From: Podarcis melisellensis
Taxonomy: Eukaryota
Length of the DNA stretch: 64,000 nucleotides
Direction: 5' to 3' (one strand)
Assembly: GCA_964234715.1 (NCBI GenBank)
Contig: OZ174278.1
The position numbers and the translations under genes are program-made. Shown in pieces: positions 62,014 through 64,000 of this stretch. The stretch's first letter is position 1. Each line of letters opens with the position of its first letter. Below the pieces are notes generated by a model, which saw only the letters and a program-made list of their open reading frames with translations, did not search any database and was not told where the DNA came from.

Positions 62014-64000
62014 TTTCAATGAAATATGTATGGTTTTAGAGGAGTTTGTTCTGAAGTGCGTGGCTATAAGTGGGTGATCTGTATCCGGCATGTACACTTT
62101 ATAGCTTCTATAACTGATTCTCATGACAGAGTGGCATACGGTCCCCATTTAAAAATGTATACGTTATATAGGCATTAATTTCTTTTAAAAAATTAAATAT
62201 AGCCACCAACTTCAGTCCATAACAGCTGGAAAAGTACAAAGGCTAAGGTATAACTTCTCAAATCTCCTTACTGCTCCTTGAGAGATTAATCCTTTAAGAA
62301 AAACATTATTTTTGTTAACAAAAAGTATTCAATCTGTACCATAAAGTACTTGCTCTTGAGATTGACTACAAATACCCGTCTTGTTTTGTAGTGTTTGTGT
62401 GCATTGTCACACAGCTATGCTGTTTTTACCAGATAATGTATTCACCCCATCTCAAGAACCTTTGTGTCGACTTTGGTGATGATATATCGAGATGTGTTTG
62501 AATCCATACAGAACAGACGGACAAACACCTTTCCAAAACATACACTAGATAGAACTGATAAAGGGAGCCAGTGTGACACAGAGTGTTCGACTAGACCTGG
62601 AATACCAGGGTTCAGGTCTCCTCTCAGTCCTGAAGCTGAATGGATGATCTCAGGTCCTTTTGAAGTATATAGTTTTGTGTGGGTCAGGTACTTGTAACCT
62701 CAGGTGTAAGCTTCAGCATGATTTCTTCAGATGCATAGAGACTCCCATGTGTTTGTTCCAGTAAACAGACAGGTCTGGGACTTCGGTTCACCTCTCCGTC
62801 ACTGTCAGACATCCAGCTCAAGGTAGTGGTGACATTGGAACTAACCACAGGTTAGGATCCTATATCCGTATCGCTGAAAGAATGCATCTGTTTAGGTCAT
62901 GCCCCTTAACAGCTATGGTTTTCTGGCATTTGGGAGTTTGAGTGAACATGGAAAGCCCTTAATACAGCCCATTAAATTGAAATGGTGTTGGTTTTTTTGT
63001 GTTGATTGAATATAATGCAATGTTTCTAAATAAAAGTTCGTATTTCTATCAGTTGTAATGTAGGGTGACCTGTCACTGAATAGCGATTGTCAGCAACAAA
63101 ATGGGAGGTCAGAAAATAGCTACGAAAGAAAGTGGGGAAAGGGAACATAAAGATGCTTTTCTTAAGGTGATATAGGAAATTCATATGAGCTTTGAGTGTA
63201 CTACTATATCTTGAAGCTGAATGTGGAAGTGAATGAAATAGTTAGTATTGTGGGTTTATATGTTTAGTGTAGCCCACATTGCACATTGTTAAATAGCCTG
63301 ATCTCAGATTAATCTTTCAGCTGGCACAGATTGAATTCATTCATCATAAAGTTACATCTTCCACGTGACTTCTGCTTTCCACAAAAGGAAATGATGACCA
63401 ATGTCTTCATATTTCCAAAAACTAGACACTGATACACCTTGCTATTTCCCATATTTTGAATGCATTATACTTAAAGGCAGCCTCCTTCCACGTTCCAGTT
63501 TTTTCTCTTAGATAAAATCTCACAAAGCCTTGATATGACTGTTGGTGCCCACCAATCCAGGTGCATTGTGCACTGTTAACTCTCGGCTTCTAGACTTCAT
63601 GGTGTATCATTGGGAACTGGTATAGTGTGGTGCCTAACAGCCATCTGTCATGGATGCTTCAGCTGAGATTCCTGCATTGCAGTGTGTTAAAATTCTATGA
63701 TCTTTGAGCCAAATCTCATCCAAATACCACCAACGTAATAGGTGACCTTAGGCAATCCTGTCTACTGCAGTACATGAGTATTTAATACTGTCTTCTATGT
63801 TTTTGTAAGGATTACTAAGGTAATATATATGAAACAATTTGAACACAATATTCTATAGATATGTGTGGCCATGCTTTCTGACCCACTCCCTTTACAGTTA
63901 CTATTTGTGTAGCAGGGTAGAGCTGACTGGGAATAAGTTCTTAGTGCCCTATTTTCTGGGGAAAAAACACCAAATCACATTATTTATTTACATGATCAAG

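Overview
Vertebrate genomic DNA, most likely a lacertid-type lizard (Sauria SINE, squamate-type CR1/L2 relics). The whole window lies inside POLA1 (DNA polymerase alpha catalytic subunit) on the + strand. Eighteen GT-AG coding exons, equivalent to human exons ~17-34 (numbering inferred), splice into one continuous frame. They carry B-family motifs A (DFNSLYPS), B (KLTANSMYG) and C (YGDTDS) and the first CTD zinc finger. An intronic H/ACA RNA at 13532-13664 has a pocket matching U6 U40 (SCARNA23/ACA12). The introns contain two young 5'-truncated RTE-X-like LINEs with intact RT ORFs and 14-bp TSDs. They also contain a family of TA-flanked Tigger/pogo-like non-autonomous elements; two of these carry GC-rich palindromic 60-bp minisatellite arrays and flank the motif-B exon in inverted orientation. 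Other repeats are a CCGTA-ended Tc2-like element with tandem cargo, a hAT MITE, SINEs and old LINE/DIRS relics. Two N-runs (302 and 419 nt) sit in unique, conserved-looking sequence about where the POLA1/ARX ultraconserved elements are expected, so they may be masked rather than true gaps. Apart from the exons and LINE ORFs, most listed ORFs are artefacts.
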